Part shown: positions 12,412 to 23,993 of the stretch, one piece after another
How positions within the stretch are numbered: position 1 is the first letter of the stretch
How the letters are laid out: the number at the start of each line of letters is the position of its first letter
DNA from: Zygnema circumcarinatum SAG 698-1b
Taxonomy: Eukaryota > Plantae > Zygnematophyceae
DNA: 64,000 bases
Assembly (NCBI GenBank): GCA_037447605.1
Contig: CM074807.1
Span: forward strand, 1,364,001 to 1,428,000
Reading direction: 5' to 3'
Translations under genes and position numbers: made by a program
The notes under the pieces: generated by a model
The model's input: the letters and a program-made list of their open reading frames with translations, nothing else
What the model was told of the DNA's origin: nothing
The model's database searches: none

Positions 12412-13578
12412 CTAAAAGTGAATGGGCCGGCACTGCGTCTGGTTGGTCTCCGCAGGGCAGTAGGGACACTTGAAGGTGCGTGAGCTGCCCTTCCCTAGCC
12501 TCAGAATGGACTGCTTGCAGAGCACATGACCGCATGGCAGGAGCATCGGCGGATTCTCCGCAGAGCTTTGTTCTCGCGATACCGGGCAGGCAAATACAGA
12601 ATGGAAGTGAAAGCCCTTCCCTAGTTCTATCTCCACTGGGAGCTGCCTCATTTCTTGCCAGCTACTAGGTCTTTTGCTACCTAGCAGTGATGCCAACTTT
12701 AAAAGACTTGGAAGCGCATTTGAACCGGCTGTAAGTACCACCTGGAGAGGGGAGGCAAGAGGGCGACCAAGTACAGCACAGCATTGACGCATAAATTCAT
12801 CTTCCACACTCTCCCATTGTGCAGGTGCAAGAAGGTCTTTATACGGTGACGCATCTAAGCGGCCTGCAAAAAGGAGGCAGCCCATGAGGCGCTGAATTTC
12901 GCCCATGTGACTCCGTCCAAAAGGCGCAAAGTTGGCGCGAGCGTAGGACAGTGCAGCATGGCGACCTTGACGGTGCAGCAAGAGCACAAAATGCAGCTGA
13001 TGAAGCTTGAACTCGAAGACATCGTTGGAATTCTGAGAGCTTAACTGAGTGCGGTGTGCCTTGGCCCACGCTAGAGCAGGCTCTAGATTTTGCATTCGAA
13101 TCTGCTGTACAACATTCTGCATCTCCGAGAATTCCTCCCGCAGTGCATCTGAGGGCAGCACACCAGCCTCCTCGCAAAAAATGTCGCCGACCTCAAACAT
13201 TCCTACTCGATACAGGTGCTGAGCAATCACAAGATTCAGCGCCGCTGGATCAAATTCCACCTCTCGCCAGGCTTTCGATATGTCAGTGCAAAAGTTCTTC
13301 TCCAACGCCTTCCCGCACTTGACTACCGCTGCATTTACCTCTTTCTGTGCAGCGGGCAGCTCATCTGTAGCCGCCAGTTGTCTGAACTTCGCCTCCAGCT
13401 CCCCTAGAGCCTGGCTGTGGTCATCCGTGCCGGAAATTGCTGTCTCCAGCAGGCTCTTTGTGCGCGCGAGCTCCAGCAACATGCGTTCCAGCAGTTGCGC
13501 GGTCTTGGTTGCAGCCACACGCTGCTTTTTGGTGACTCGCTCAAAGGCGTCCTTTATCCCTGGAAAGTCCATGGCCAT
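12412..13578 (-). CDS. RMND5: CTLH/GID E3 ligase RING subunit RMND5 (Gid2), single-exon CDS, 388 aa
   Basis: LisH (IAQHLYRVGMFEVGDIFCEEA), CTLH (NLEPALAWA), FEFKLHQLHF, QLPVEIELG..FHSVFACPV..NPPMLLPCGHVLC..FKCPYCP. Confidence 0.96.
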   Translation of the reverse strand: MAMDFPGIKDAFERVTKKQRVAATKTAQLLERMLLELARTKSLLETAISGTDDHSQALGELEAKFRQLAATDELPAAQKEVNAAVVKCGKALEKNFCTDISKAWREVEFDPAALNLVIAQHLYRVGMFEVGDIFCEEAGVLPSDALREEFSEMQNVVQQIRMQNLEPALAWAKAHRTQLSSQNSNDVFEFKLHQLHFVLLLHRQGRHAALSYARANFAPFGRSHMGEIQRLMGCLLFAGRLDASPYKDLLAPAQWESVEDEFMRQCCAVLGRPLASPLQVVLTAGSNALPSLLKLASLLGSKRPSSWQEMRQLPVEIELGKGFHFHSVFACPVSREQSSAENPPMLLPCGHVLCKQSILRLGKGSSRTFKCPYCPAETNQTQCRPIHF

Positions 13579-14053
13579 GCCTGCCTTCGTCCCTCTCCTT
13601 CCTCGCCCCGCGCACCCTTCCCTCCCCTCCCCCTTACCTCCCCTCTGCCTCCCTCGACCCCTACCTCCCTCCCTGCCTCCTCCCTTGCGGCCCCGCCCCT
13701 CTTTAGGGCTCCGCTACGACGGGGGACGCTGGTACGGGCCTGTAACCGTGTTGCTTGCGAAACTGTGCGGTATGTCGAAACTATATCGATATCCTTATCG
13801 ATACGATACCACACTATACGATACAATACGATATGACATCAGAAGCTGTCGGAAAATTAGGTTTGGAAATTCGGTGATCATGTAACGGCCGTACATACTA
13901 TGTACGGACAAAATAAATACAGTAAGCAGTCATATTTTCGCCATGGGTTTTGGCCAATATGAGGCGAAAATATTGATTTTGCAAATATAAGGTTCGTGTT
14001 ACCAATAGACGGGCGGTATTACAGTAGGACCCCATCATATTTTCCACCTACAT

Positions 14054-15558
14054 TAGGGCGTGTCAGACTTAACAAAATGTTACGAATATCGAGTTTTTAG
14101 TATTACGAGAATCGAGGTTACTAAGTACTAAAAATCATCGCGCCCCCGAACCTAAACCGAACCGAACGGAAGTCAACTGTGCTAAGTCAACGGGTCAACG
14201 TTGCGAAGATTGACCCGTGGGGTTTACTGAAATTGCATTTCTTCGCACGATTTTGTTCGCACCCAAAAGAGGCGCCGAAATGGACGTGCGAAGAAAATAC
14301 TGGCGAAAATCGCGTCAACGTGACGTCATGGTTGTTTTCCCGCCCGCGCCCGCGCCCGCCCGTGAGTCCGTGACGCGCAACACGACACAACGACAAGCGG
14401 TCTCCGCGCGCCGCGCCGGCGCTGTTTCTAAGTCTGAGGGCCCCGCGCGAGGGCGAAGTTGCGAAGACGGCGTTTGGAGAAGTGCGAAGACGGCGATCGC
14501 GGAGTGCGAACAGGACCGCGCCGCGAGTGCGAAAAACTACGCTCGGGAATTTTAGTTTTACTGACGTTGACTCCAAATGTTACGAATATCGAGTTTTTAG
14601 TAGGGTAGTGATATTTCCACCCCTTTTTTGGATCCAAACACCCCTTCCCGGCCGGGCAGATTTCAAAAGGGATTAAGAACGGAAAATGCTTTTTCACACC
14701 TTTTTGGAATCGATACCCACCTTCTTCCGTCGGCTGCTTTTATTTTTGCTAACCAAGGAAAATGATACCCCGTCACTGCATTTTGAATACTGTATCCCGC
14801 CTCCCTGAATTTTTTTTTTGAGGGAAAGAAATATCTGCCAGCCCGAATCCGCTCGAAGTGGAAGATCCGTCCGCCACGAGATCGTTCGTGGGTGTCCGTC
14901 CTTCACACGTGTGTGTCAATCGCAGCTGTCGATTCCCTCGCAGATCGCACCACTGCAGGTCACCGTTCGATCTGCAGCCCGGCTCGATCTTAGCGAATGG
15001 AAAGCGCCCACGAGTCCCGTCAAAGCCGAATCGCACGTGCGAGTGTGCGCGTCCGTCGGCCCGAGATCTCGTCATTGTTAGTTACCAGCCAATCAACAAC
15101 TGCCACGTGTTACATTTTTGACGTGGAAAATTTTGATTGGTCCAAGCTCTCAATGTACGAAATTCTGGGTTCCTCAAAGTTGCGACCGTACCACATTTGT
15201 ACGGACAAACTTTTGAGACGAGTTTGGCGGGATACGTGGGCACTTGCCATTCGCTGTGACCGAGCCCGGCTGCAGATCAAATAGTCACCTGCCGTGTTGC
15301 GATCTGCGAGGGAATCGACGGCTGCGATTGACCACACGCGTGAAAAAAATTCAGGTATCATTTTCCCTGGTTAGCAAAAATAAAATCAGCCGACGGAAGG
15401 TGGGTATCGATTCCAAAAAGGTGTGTAAAAAGCATTTTCCGTTTTTAATCCTTTTTGAAATCTGCCCGGCCGGGAAGGGGTGTTTGGATCCAAAAAAGGG
15501 GTGGAAATATCACTACCCTTTTAGTATTACGAGAATTTTTTAAGTCTGACACGCCCTA
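14054..15558. mobile_element. Non-autonomous TIR DNA element (MITE-like); outer element of a nested pair
   Basis: Perfect 19-bp inverted repeats TAGGGCGTGTCAGACTTAA (14054-14072) and TTAAGTCTGACACGCCCTA (15540-15558). The terminal TA may be the target duplication. No coding capacity. Confidence 0.85.
14603..15518. mobile_element. Non-autonomous long-TIR (Mutator/foldback-like) element inserted in the outer MITE
   Basis: About 165-bp TIRs starting GGGTAGTGATATTTCCACCCC (14603-14769 and 15354-15518). Exact 8-bp TSD TTTTAGTA (14595-14602 and 15519-15526). A second internal inverted pair lies at about 14905-14990 and 15260-15342. Confidence 0.9.
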
Positions 15559-15932
15559 TTTGGCAAAAATCGGGCGAAACTATTGTTTTTGGCAAATATA
15601 AGGTCCGTGTTACCAATAGGCGAGCGGAATTATGTTAGAGTTCATGCATGTTCGTACGTATCATATCGTATCGTTTTCTGGAATATCGTACCGCATCGTA
15701 CCGTATCGTTTAAATTCGAGCGCGTAACGGCTACTACAGCTCATACGGCTAGTACCGTATCGGGGAGTTTCGTATCGTGTCGTATCGTATCGAAGCCAAT
15801 AACAAGGGGAGAGGAGTGAGCGCCTCTTACGGCGGCACGTGCGGGGAGATTAGGTGAGTTTTGCGTAAGCCCGTGACGGCTAGTACAGCTAGTACGAATT
15901 GTACGAATTGTACGAATTGTACGGGAAAGGGG

Positions 15933-16628
15933 CGGGAAAAAATCTTTTTCCCGCCCCTTCCGTCCCCTCCGCTGCCCCCCCTCGAACCATTGCGGTTGCA
16001 AAACCCTCACCCGGTTATGAAGGAACGAGGTCGACCTTCTGGCGCGCGCAGTTTGGCAATCAGCCGGGACAAGAGCTATTTCGAGTACGTTGAAGGGAAA
16101 AAATGTTCCAATTGCAAGCAAGCAGGCCACAATTTAAGATCTTGCCTAATTAGGGGTAACCTGAAAACAGAGAGTAACAGTTGCCCAACATTGGTGACCT
16201 TTGCAGTTGTGTTTAAGGTTGCGTTTTTGTACTTAAGCTTAGTTTAGTTTAGTTTTTTGTTCCTAGTTTTTTTATTTTGTGCTTGTTTCATTTGCGACTA
16301 ATTTCTTGTGGTTCCCATGTTGACTTTGTCCATGTTTTATTTGATGGCCTCACCATCTTGAGACCAATGCAAATCCCCTTTTCTTTTGTCGCACATTGTT
16401 GGAAGTCAATAGTGAAAAGGAAAAAACGAGGGGATGGAATGTCCAAAAATAATGAAGGGAGGGGGAATGAAGACAACAGAACTCGACACCTCCCGGTACC
16501 CACCCACAAACTTTACCGTTAAAAGGCAACCGCGGACACAAACGAACGATCATACATTTAGTTTTAGCGCGTTTCGCAACAGGGGGCAGCGGAGGGGACG
16601 AAAGGGGCGGGAAAAAGATTTTTTCCCG
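15933..16628. mobile_element. Inverted-repeat-bounded transposon remnant carrying a CCHC zinc-knuckle fragment
   Basis: 47-bp inverted repeat with 1 mismatch (15933-15979 and 16582-16628). An internal + strand frame reads KERGRPSG...KKCSNCKQAGHNLRSC, resembling the C-terminus of MULE transposases. Confidence 0.6.
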
Positions 16629-18169
16629 AAATATTCAAAACTGGGGGGTAACCAAAACGGGCAGGCAAAATTTTCAAAACGGGGGTGCGAAAGACAAAAC
16701 GCGGGGGTGCAGTAGAGTTACCCCACTCCTTAGGGCGGTAAATACGAGGACCCCCTACTGTACAGTACAGTACCACAGTACGGACACATAGTACGGATAT
16801 GAAGGAGATCCGGCAAAGGCGACAAGCAGATTTCAACCGAGGGCACGAGCGGGAGTTTTTGGCGCCAAAACGAAAATGTAGATGAAACGGCTGCAGATTG
16901 AAGGCGCCAACATTGCCTCTAAAAACAAGGAAGCAAGCAGAGAAACAGACAAGGCCACGACCGCAGATCAGCACTCGGCCCCAAACCGGGACGTGACCAA
17001 CTGAAGACCTCCCATTTAACTCCCTCACTTCCCATTATTTTAGGCTACAGCAATACGACGTCGATGTGAGCATTGTGAGGAGAGTTTATGGTTTTGAGGG
17101 TTTTTAGGGTTGTGGATAGAGGAAGAAGTCTGCATTTAGGGTTGTGGGTAGGATCCTAAGCTTGCTGAAAAGCAAAGGAAAGCATGGATGTAGCTATGGA
17201 AGAGCATCGTAAAGCAGACAACCAGGACGCGTTCTTGTCCAATTTGCAACACTCGCCTTCCGTGCAGGAATCGAAGGGCTTGTTTTGCCATTTCCAACCG
17301 AAGCCAGGACACTTTTCCTTTCGATCCTCCGCTTTCAAGTTTGCATAGAATTTCTCAATACAAAGCTCAAACGTAGTGATTACCCGGAGTCTGTCCTCCT
17401 TGCTGTCTATGTACAGTGCGTACGCAGTGCGTGCTCGATACATGCGTAGTGGCTCCCACCTGCAACTGCCCTCTTTTCTCAACAAGGCTCCCTATACATT
17501 CAACCGTCAATGCCTTCGTCGCAGCCATCCTATGTCCGACGCCCATTTTCCCCTTCAACACGACTCCTCATTGGGGGCATGTACCCTCCGCTACTTTCGG
17601 CCATTCCCCTGCAGCGTAGCTCATTGCTTGAGGCGTGAGCCAATACACTCTCTCTCTCGGGAACCAACAAAGGAGTAGAGCACAGGCTGGAATTTGAATG
17701 AGTGTGCCAAAGTGGGTAGCATTGAATTATACGTAGGCATCAAAAGCATATCGCTTATTTGTAGACCTATTACAGATTCTATAGTAACGCAACAACTCTG
17801 TAAGCTCGCTGTTCGACTTAACGGAACAGCCACCAATTAGCTGCTAATCAAGTTACAGCAGACCCTAGTCTTTATGGGTACCTCGGCTACAACGAGAAAT
17901 TCCCCATCAGTCCTCACTTTGGCCTTATGCATGCGCTTACAAAGCATCAGCTACTCCTCTTGTTTGTGGGCTTAAAAAAAATTCGCCGACTTGCTACAGA
18001 GGCCACTAAACATTCCTCATCTCGAATGCTTGTCCGAGGAAACATTTCATCGTTTTAAAAAATGCAAAAAATACCGCTAATTTTTCCTTGCTTTAGGTTG
18101 CAAAAGCAGGGAGTTAAATGGAGATTAGGGAGCTCCAACATCAGCAAACGTGCTCTCCCCGCGGTGCAC

Positions 18170-20560
18170 TCAGTCGTTCACATGTTCACGTATTCCTGTA
18201 CCTGCTGTGGCTTCTGAGTCTTTGCATAGGCTGCCCGAGCCACTGCAGCCAAAGCTGCCCCAACAATGCCGGCATCGTTACGCATAGTGGCCACTTTGAT
18301 TGGGGTCTTATTTGGAAGGTTCACTTCATGCAGCCACTGCTCTCCCCAACGGCCCAAACAAACAACCCCCTTACGCTCCCATCAGATCTCCGAAACACCA
18401 TAACGCTGGTGTGCACGTAAAGAATGGAACGTCACGCTGAAGCATTTCACGAAAATAACAACAGTCGAATCTACCAACAAAATGAGGCCTCACCTCTTCA
18501 TGTGCATTGCTCACACCCCCGCCGATAACCTGCGCCCAATTCAGCAACATAACCAAACATGAAGCACGCATGAGCATGACCAATTGCAGGATGCCGTTGT
18601 GAGAAAACATTCTTCATCACCAGAGCAAGAATCAAGCCAGCACCGAAGAAACGAGAAAACGTTTACTGTTGGAGTCAGTTCTCTCAGCAAAATAGGGAAG
18701 CCGTGACCCTTACAAAAAGCGAAGGCCACATTAGTCGCTCGAGATACGAAAGGTACCACTGCACTTTCACTGCCCACTCCTTCCACGACCAGCAGTTCTG
18801 CTTCACCAGAACACCTGCGGCTGCCTGCTCTGCCTCCACGCCATCTAACTCAAGGTGGCCAAGCTCTAAATTGGGAACCTGCGGGTACACACAGCAGCAA
18901 ATGATGAGATTTCATCCTATTCCAGTCCACTATCTTTTTGATTTACTCATTTCTAATAATGCTAAATTCAAGGTACAATTTCAACATTACATATCCAACA
19001 TACCACGGCAAAACCAGTCAGGAGGAACTCACCAAGATCCCATTGACAAACATAGCGGTTCCTATCCCCGTGCCAAAAGTGACCATCATCACAATACCAT
19101 TCCGTTTCTCTTCTCCGGAACCCGCTCCAAAGGCAATTTCTGCATATCCTGCGGCGTCCGCATCATTTACCACCACCATTGGCACGCCTGAATGCTCCTC
19201 AAATATCTCCTCAGCGTGTGAGCCAATCCAGCTTTTGTCAACTTCACATCCATCCAACAACCGAAAGAATGCCCATCAGCAAACGTCAGAAGAGCTTCTT
19301 AACTGTCAGTATATCACTGACCTGTAAACTTGACTATTTTGCTACTAGCAGGTCAGCAACGGAGACTCAAGTATATCGTGAGGAATTGAAGGTTGAATAG
19401 TCTCACTATTGGCAGCAGTGCAGACGACTCCATTGCGCACCACCGCTGGAAGGCCTACTCCCACCTCGCCTGTCCACTGCAAAAGAGATTAAAACTGCTT
19501 CAGGCACACGTTTTTACCCTCTTCTCTTGGGTCGAAATTGTTCATCGGAGTATTCTGGAGAAGCAGATCAGCAGCTCCAAGGTCACAAACCAACGAAAAT
19601 TATTTCTCATCCAACTTCTACATCCTTTGTTTAAAAGCCTCCAGTCCCACTACTTACTCTAACTCACTTTACATGGCCCAGCATCTGTAAAAAGTTTTCG
19701 ACAAGGTCTGTAACTGTAGCTTCCAAAAGTCATGATTTGACCCGAGTCCCTCTCAAATCGGAGTGCAGTAAGACGTTCGAAAGCGATTACATTCACGCAT
19801 GAGGCTAGCCACAAGCTGAGAAGTCGAGACTATCTATACGTCTAGCAAAACGGTTCGTGATGTCCATATCAGCATCGAATATTTCAAGTTCTATAGTGGC
19901 AAGAATGAGCCATAGTGCGAAGTGAAGCCATCAGTTCATCGTGCGCCTTGCGGAGCACGATGACTTGTGATATCCTTAGGCGTAAGCCTACTGCCCCTTA
20001 ATGAAGTAGAGCCTAGAAACAGTGACTTACTGAGATGTCCTTGATCCAAAGCTCAAGATCATTGCTTCGCTTTCCTCAAATTGCAACTTGACATGTTCCA
20101 TAGTCTCATCATGCAGATCTGGCAGATCTGGCTGCTGTTGCTCTCCCATCCTCACCTGGAAATGGTCGAGCATAGCTTTAAGGACGCATGCCACTGCCTC
20201 CGGGGTGGCAGGATTAGGCGTATCAATGACATGGCGTTCAGACACCAGGTCGCCCGTGTGCATGTTCACAAGAGCAGCTTTAATGGTGGTTCCCCCAATA
20301 TCAATGCCAAGGATGGTGCGCTCAGAGTCACAGGGCTCAACAACATTTTGAGCTCCATTTCCCTGCTCCAATTGGGAAACAACTGACAGGCTGCTCCGAG
20401 GACGAGGAGCATTGGCAGTAAGCGAGGATTTACCAAACGGCGCCGCATCGATCACTTTTCCTCGCCATGGAGATAACGACAGCTGGTTTGGGGATGAACT
20501 GGAGAAAGCCAAGCTGCCACTTCCTGTTTGAATGGGCAATGTGCATTGTATAGATGCCAT
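18170..20560 (-). CDS. ppgK: Polyphosphate glucokinase-like ROK kinase with N-terminal plastid transit peptide, 6 coding exons
   Basis: Spliced: ILGIDIGGTTIKAALVN..TPNPATPEAV..|WTGEVGVGLPAVVRNGVVCTAAN|IDKSWIG..VVNDADAAGYAE..VTFGTGIGTAMFVNGIL|VPNLELGHLELDGVEAEQAAA..WSWKEWA..LERLMWPSLF|VIGGGVS..|..RNDAGIVGAALAA. All introns are GT-AG. The N-terminal 65 aa are Ser-rich and acid-poor. Confidence 0.88.
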
Positions 20561-21499
20561 TTTTCTGTCAGAACAAGGGAGTAAAAACTCTGATCGCTGA
20601 ACAGGAAGGCAGACGCACTCTCACGTCAAAACGACTGTCACGGTTGAGGCACCGATAAAGTTCAGCAGGCCCTTCCAAATATGTTCATCAGTCTCTTCCA
20701 GCTGGCAGAATCTTGAAGGTATCTGCAAATTGCAAGTAGCTTATACCTGCAAAAAAGGAAGAACAAGAAGTCCCCAGCGTTTTAAAACCATCGCCTCAAG
20801 TCATTGATACAGAGGAGATGACGATAAAGGCTGTGGTTAAGGTAAATTAAAATAACACGAGCGGGCCGAAAACTGAGGAGGAGGCAGCAATAGCCACCGA
20901 GCTGTGACAGAAGAAAAGTGTTGAACAGTAAAAAAAACGAGCAAGGGTAATGACGCTTGACTCTTCAAAGCACGTCAGCTGCATTCCATTTTCATCGCTC
21001 ATACGCACCACTATATTTGCGTATGCATTAGCTTGTCCTTTCCAGGAGCATACAAATACTCTAATACAGAGCTACTGGCATACGCCCTGCATCGACTCAA
21101 CTGCAGAGATCTCGGAAAACCGAGTTCAATTGACCGCACCTTAAGCCAAATTTTGACAAGATCTCAAGCCTGCTTCTAATTATAAGTGCACTCCTCTCGC
21201 CTGCACTCTCACAAAGTCCCAAATCTCCCCCTCTCTCTTATCCTCCTCATCAAACCCAAAGCAAAAGATGCCCTTCAAGGCAAAAATAAATTCTAGCAAG
21301 AAGCGCACTTTCTGCCGCGGGGGCGCCGCTTCCTGCAGCTTTAGAGAGAGGCTCCCTGATGAGAAAGGCTCCTCCTGCAACCTCCTCCTTCAGGCAGCAC
21401 AGACAGGCTGCTTGAAGCGGGGCCGTCCCCCTCTTCCTTCTGGGGACAGGCCGTCCGTCCTCACAGGACGTCTCTTGAAAGCACTTCTAAGCGGCCCAA

Positions 21500-22683
21500 A
21501 GGGATACCGCGAGGGCGTCACCCTACGCGTATTTTTTCCCAATGAGGTGGCGCCACGTCAAGGCTTGTACACGTGGCATCTAATAAGAGGTCAGGTGGAC
21601 GTCCTCGTGGCAGCCGTACATGCGATTCCATGGAAATGACGCAGAATGACGTGCAGTTGCTGATCGTCCGACGTGTCAGATGACGTCACGCGTCCCGGTC
21701 CTTGTCGGGCCGCGCGAGAGTATTTTTTTTTTTTTTTTTTTGCTGCTTTGCTCGCCTCTCCTCTCCTCTCCTGCAGACTTCAAATTCTGCAAAGCCGCCG
21801 GTTCGCGCCGCAGTCACAAATTTTTTCACAATTTTTTTCAGGGAAGGGTTGACGGCATCATCGGATGGTCCACCTGTCCGATCTGCCACGTCGATGCAAT
21901 CGACGGTCCTGCGCTGCGCGATCCGAACCCTAAGAGCGCTGGTTTCCGCCACAGCACAGAACTGCGCCTCCATGCGACACCACCAGCGCCAGTCCGTACC
22001 TGGGGTCGGTGGTGATTTCGCACAGTTTTTTGTCCCAGTGCACAGTTCAGTGTTGCGTTTCACAGCTCTACGTTGAACAGCTCAGTTCTATGTGTTCTAT
22101 GTGTGCAGTGCTGCTGTGAAATCTGAAAATTTCATGTGTTCCGTAAATTTCGCCGTGCAACTGTCACATGAAGGCCCGACATATGGGCCACGTGGCAGCC
22201 GGTATGACCTACTACTTGGCATGCCCACGTGTCAACACATTTAACGGTCTCGAAATTCCTTGGAACAAGAAGACGACGCGTGTACAAGACGACGAAACAG
22301 ACCTGGACGTTGATAAAATATTAATTTTTGGTTCTGAACTGAGCAGACGTTTTGGTTCTTTGAAACGTTTTGGAAACTTTTTCGTTTTTTGAGACGAGAA
22401 AAAAGTGGAGACAGTTACTGCACGTTCAGAAAACAAATATTTCTTTCCGTAAAACGGTCAGAAAGAAATAAAATAGAACCAACAGAAACTCAGGTTTAAT
22501 CCGTTACTGACTTCCGACTGGCAGAAAAGTTTCCTAAAATGCTATTTTCACACCTTTCTTTCTAGGTACACACCTTTTTTGGTGATCAGATTTTATTTTC
22601 TGGTTTTTAGGGTAATGGGAGGTTTTTTTTTTTTTTCTAAAGGTGTGTATCTTTACGAAAAGGTGTGTAAATAGTAATTCCCT
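21500..22683. mobile_element. Probable truncated DNA-transposon remnant
   Basis: Non-coding and CpG/CACGT-rich. The right end (22530-22683) has inverted CACACCTTT/AAAGGTGTG motifs that also occur in the TIR of the 14603-15518 element, and ends ...AATTCCC. No matching left TIR was found. Confidence 0.35.
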
Positions 22684-22887
22684 ATGTAATATCGTATTGG
22701 TTATATCGAAATTATACCAATATCTTTGAGGAAATGACGCTACGACTAAAATATAATGGATACGTTACGATACGTTACGATGGTATCGTATTATCTGTAT
22801 CGAAGAAGAGGGCACGGAACGATACGATACGTTCCTCCTCCGGAACAGCCATGGCGCCGGAGCCCTCCTGCCGGAGGCGCCTTCGCC

Positions 22888-23993
22888 ATGGCGGATCACT
22901 CGCACGTGCGGTACTCGTCTATACCGCCTGCCGAGGCCGGTCTCTCTCAACGGAAGGGGCCAGGAAGGGAGGGGCGGGAGACTCAAGACCTTCGATATAC
23001 GTGGGAGCCCAAAGAAGAGATTCCTTGGAAGGCCATTCTTCTGGCCGTCTTTCTGCTGCTACTCGGAACGCTGCTGCTTATTATTTCATACCTTATTCTG
23101 AGCGCGCACATGGGAGGAGATAAGGCGCAGGGATATGGATTTTTGACTCTCGGGGTGCTTGTGTTTCTGCCAGGTGTTGCCTCCTCCTCCTCCTGGACAC
23201 GCTGTATATGCTGTTGAATTTTAAACGCGGCTGTGAAATTATCAGTGTTAAGGAGAAGGGGAAATTCATGCATACAGACAGACAGACCTACATTAGGAAT
23301 GGATACATACGTGGGGATGAACCTGGTCCTATCCAGGTTACTCATAACCGGCTGAGGTCAATCTGCATACAATATAGCTTTTTGAAAGGATCACACTTTG
23401 AATGTTGTGAGGGGCCGGGAGGGGCGGGAATGGATATATGGCTGCTTTGCATGGCTAAGGAGCTTAATCCGTTAGGGGTCATATCTTCATGCTGAGCATG
23501 AGGAACTTGCTCGACTAGTCACCAGGCCACTGATCATCTTCATAACTATTTTGAATTTCAACCTTTTCATATTCTAGACCTGCTCTGCCCTCTGATCCTG
23601 GAGCTGCGAAATTTTTTGTCCGACTTGTCCGACTGCCGTGAAACTTTAGCAGGCATTGCAAAATTCATTGGACTGTTGGTGCCTATCCAAGCATCGTACA
23701 TTCTAGGCGTGAACCTAACTAGTAATTCAGAACGTTTAGGGTATACAAATTTATGCTTTCCGAGTTACGACAAAGCACTTAACTGATACGTTGCTTTCTG
23801 CTTGCTCTGAAGGAGAGGTGGTCGCCTCTGAGAGAATCCTGAAGGTTCTTGACTTACGTTGCATGGTTTCTTGGCAAGTCTGGCTGTTGAACTTACTAGC
23901 GTTGAGCTGGCTGCAGGGTTTTATGAGACCCGGATAGCATATTATTCATGGAGGGGTCGAAGGGGATACACATTCAGCAGAATACCGACTTGA
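22888..23993 (+). CDS. TMEM230: TMEM230/TMEM134-like (DUF872) membrane protein, 2 exons
   Basis: MADHSHVRYSS..IPWKAILLAVFLLLLG (TM1)..GYGFLTLGVLVFLP|GFYETRIAYYSWRGRRGYTFSRIPT-stop; intron about 23174-23916. Confidence 0.9.

Noticed and set aside
12412-13578. RMND5 as a processed retrocopy because it is intronless
   Set aside because: The ORF is intact, there is no poly(A) remnant or TSD, and intron-poor RMND5 genes may be ancestral in plants.
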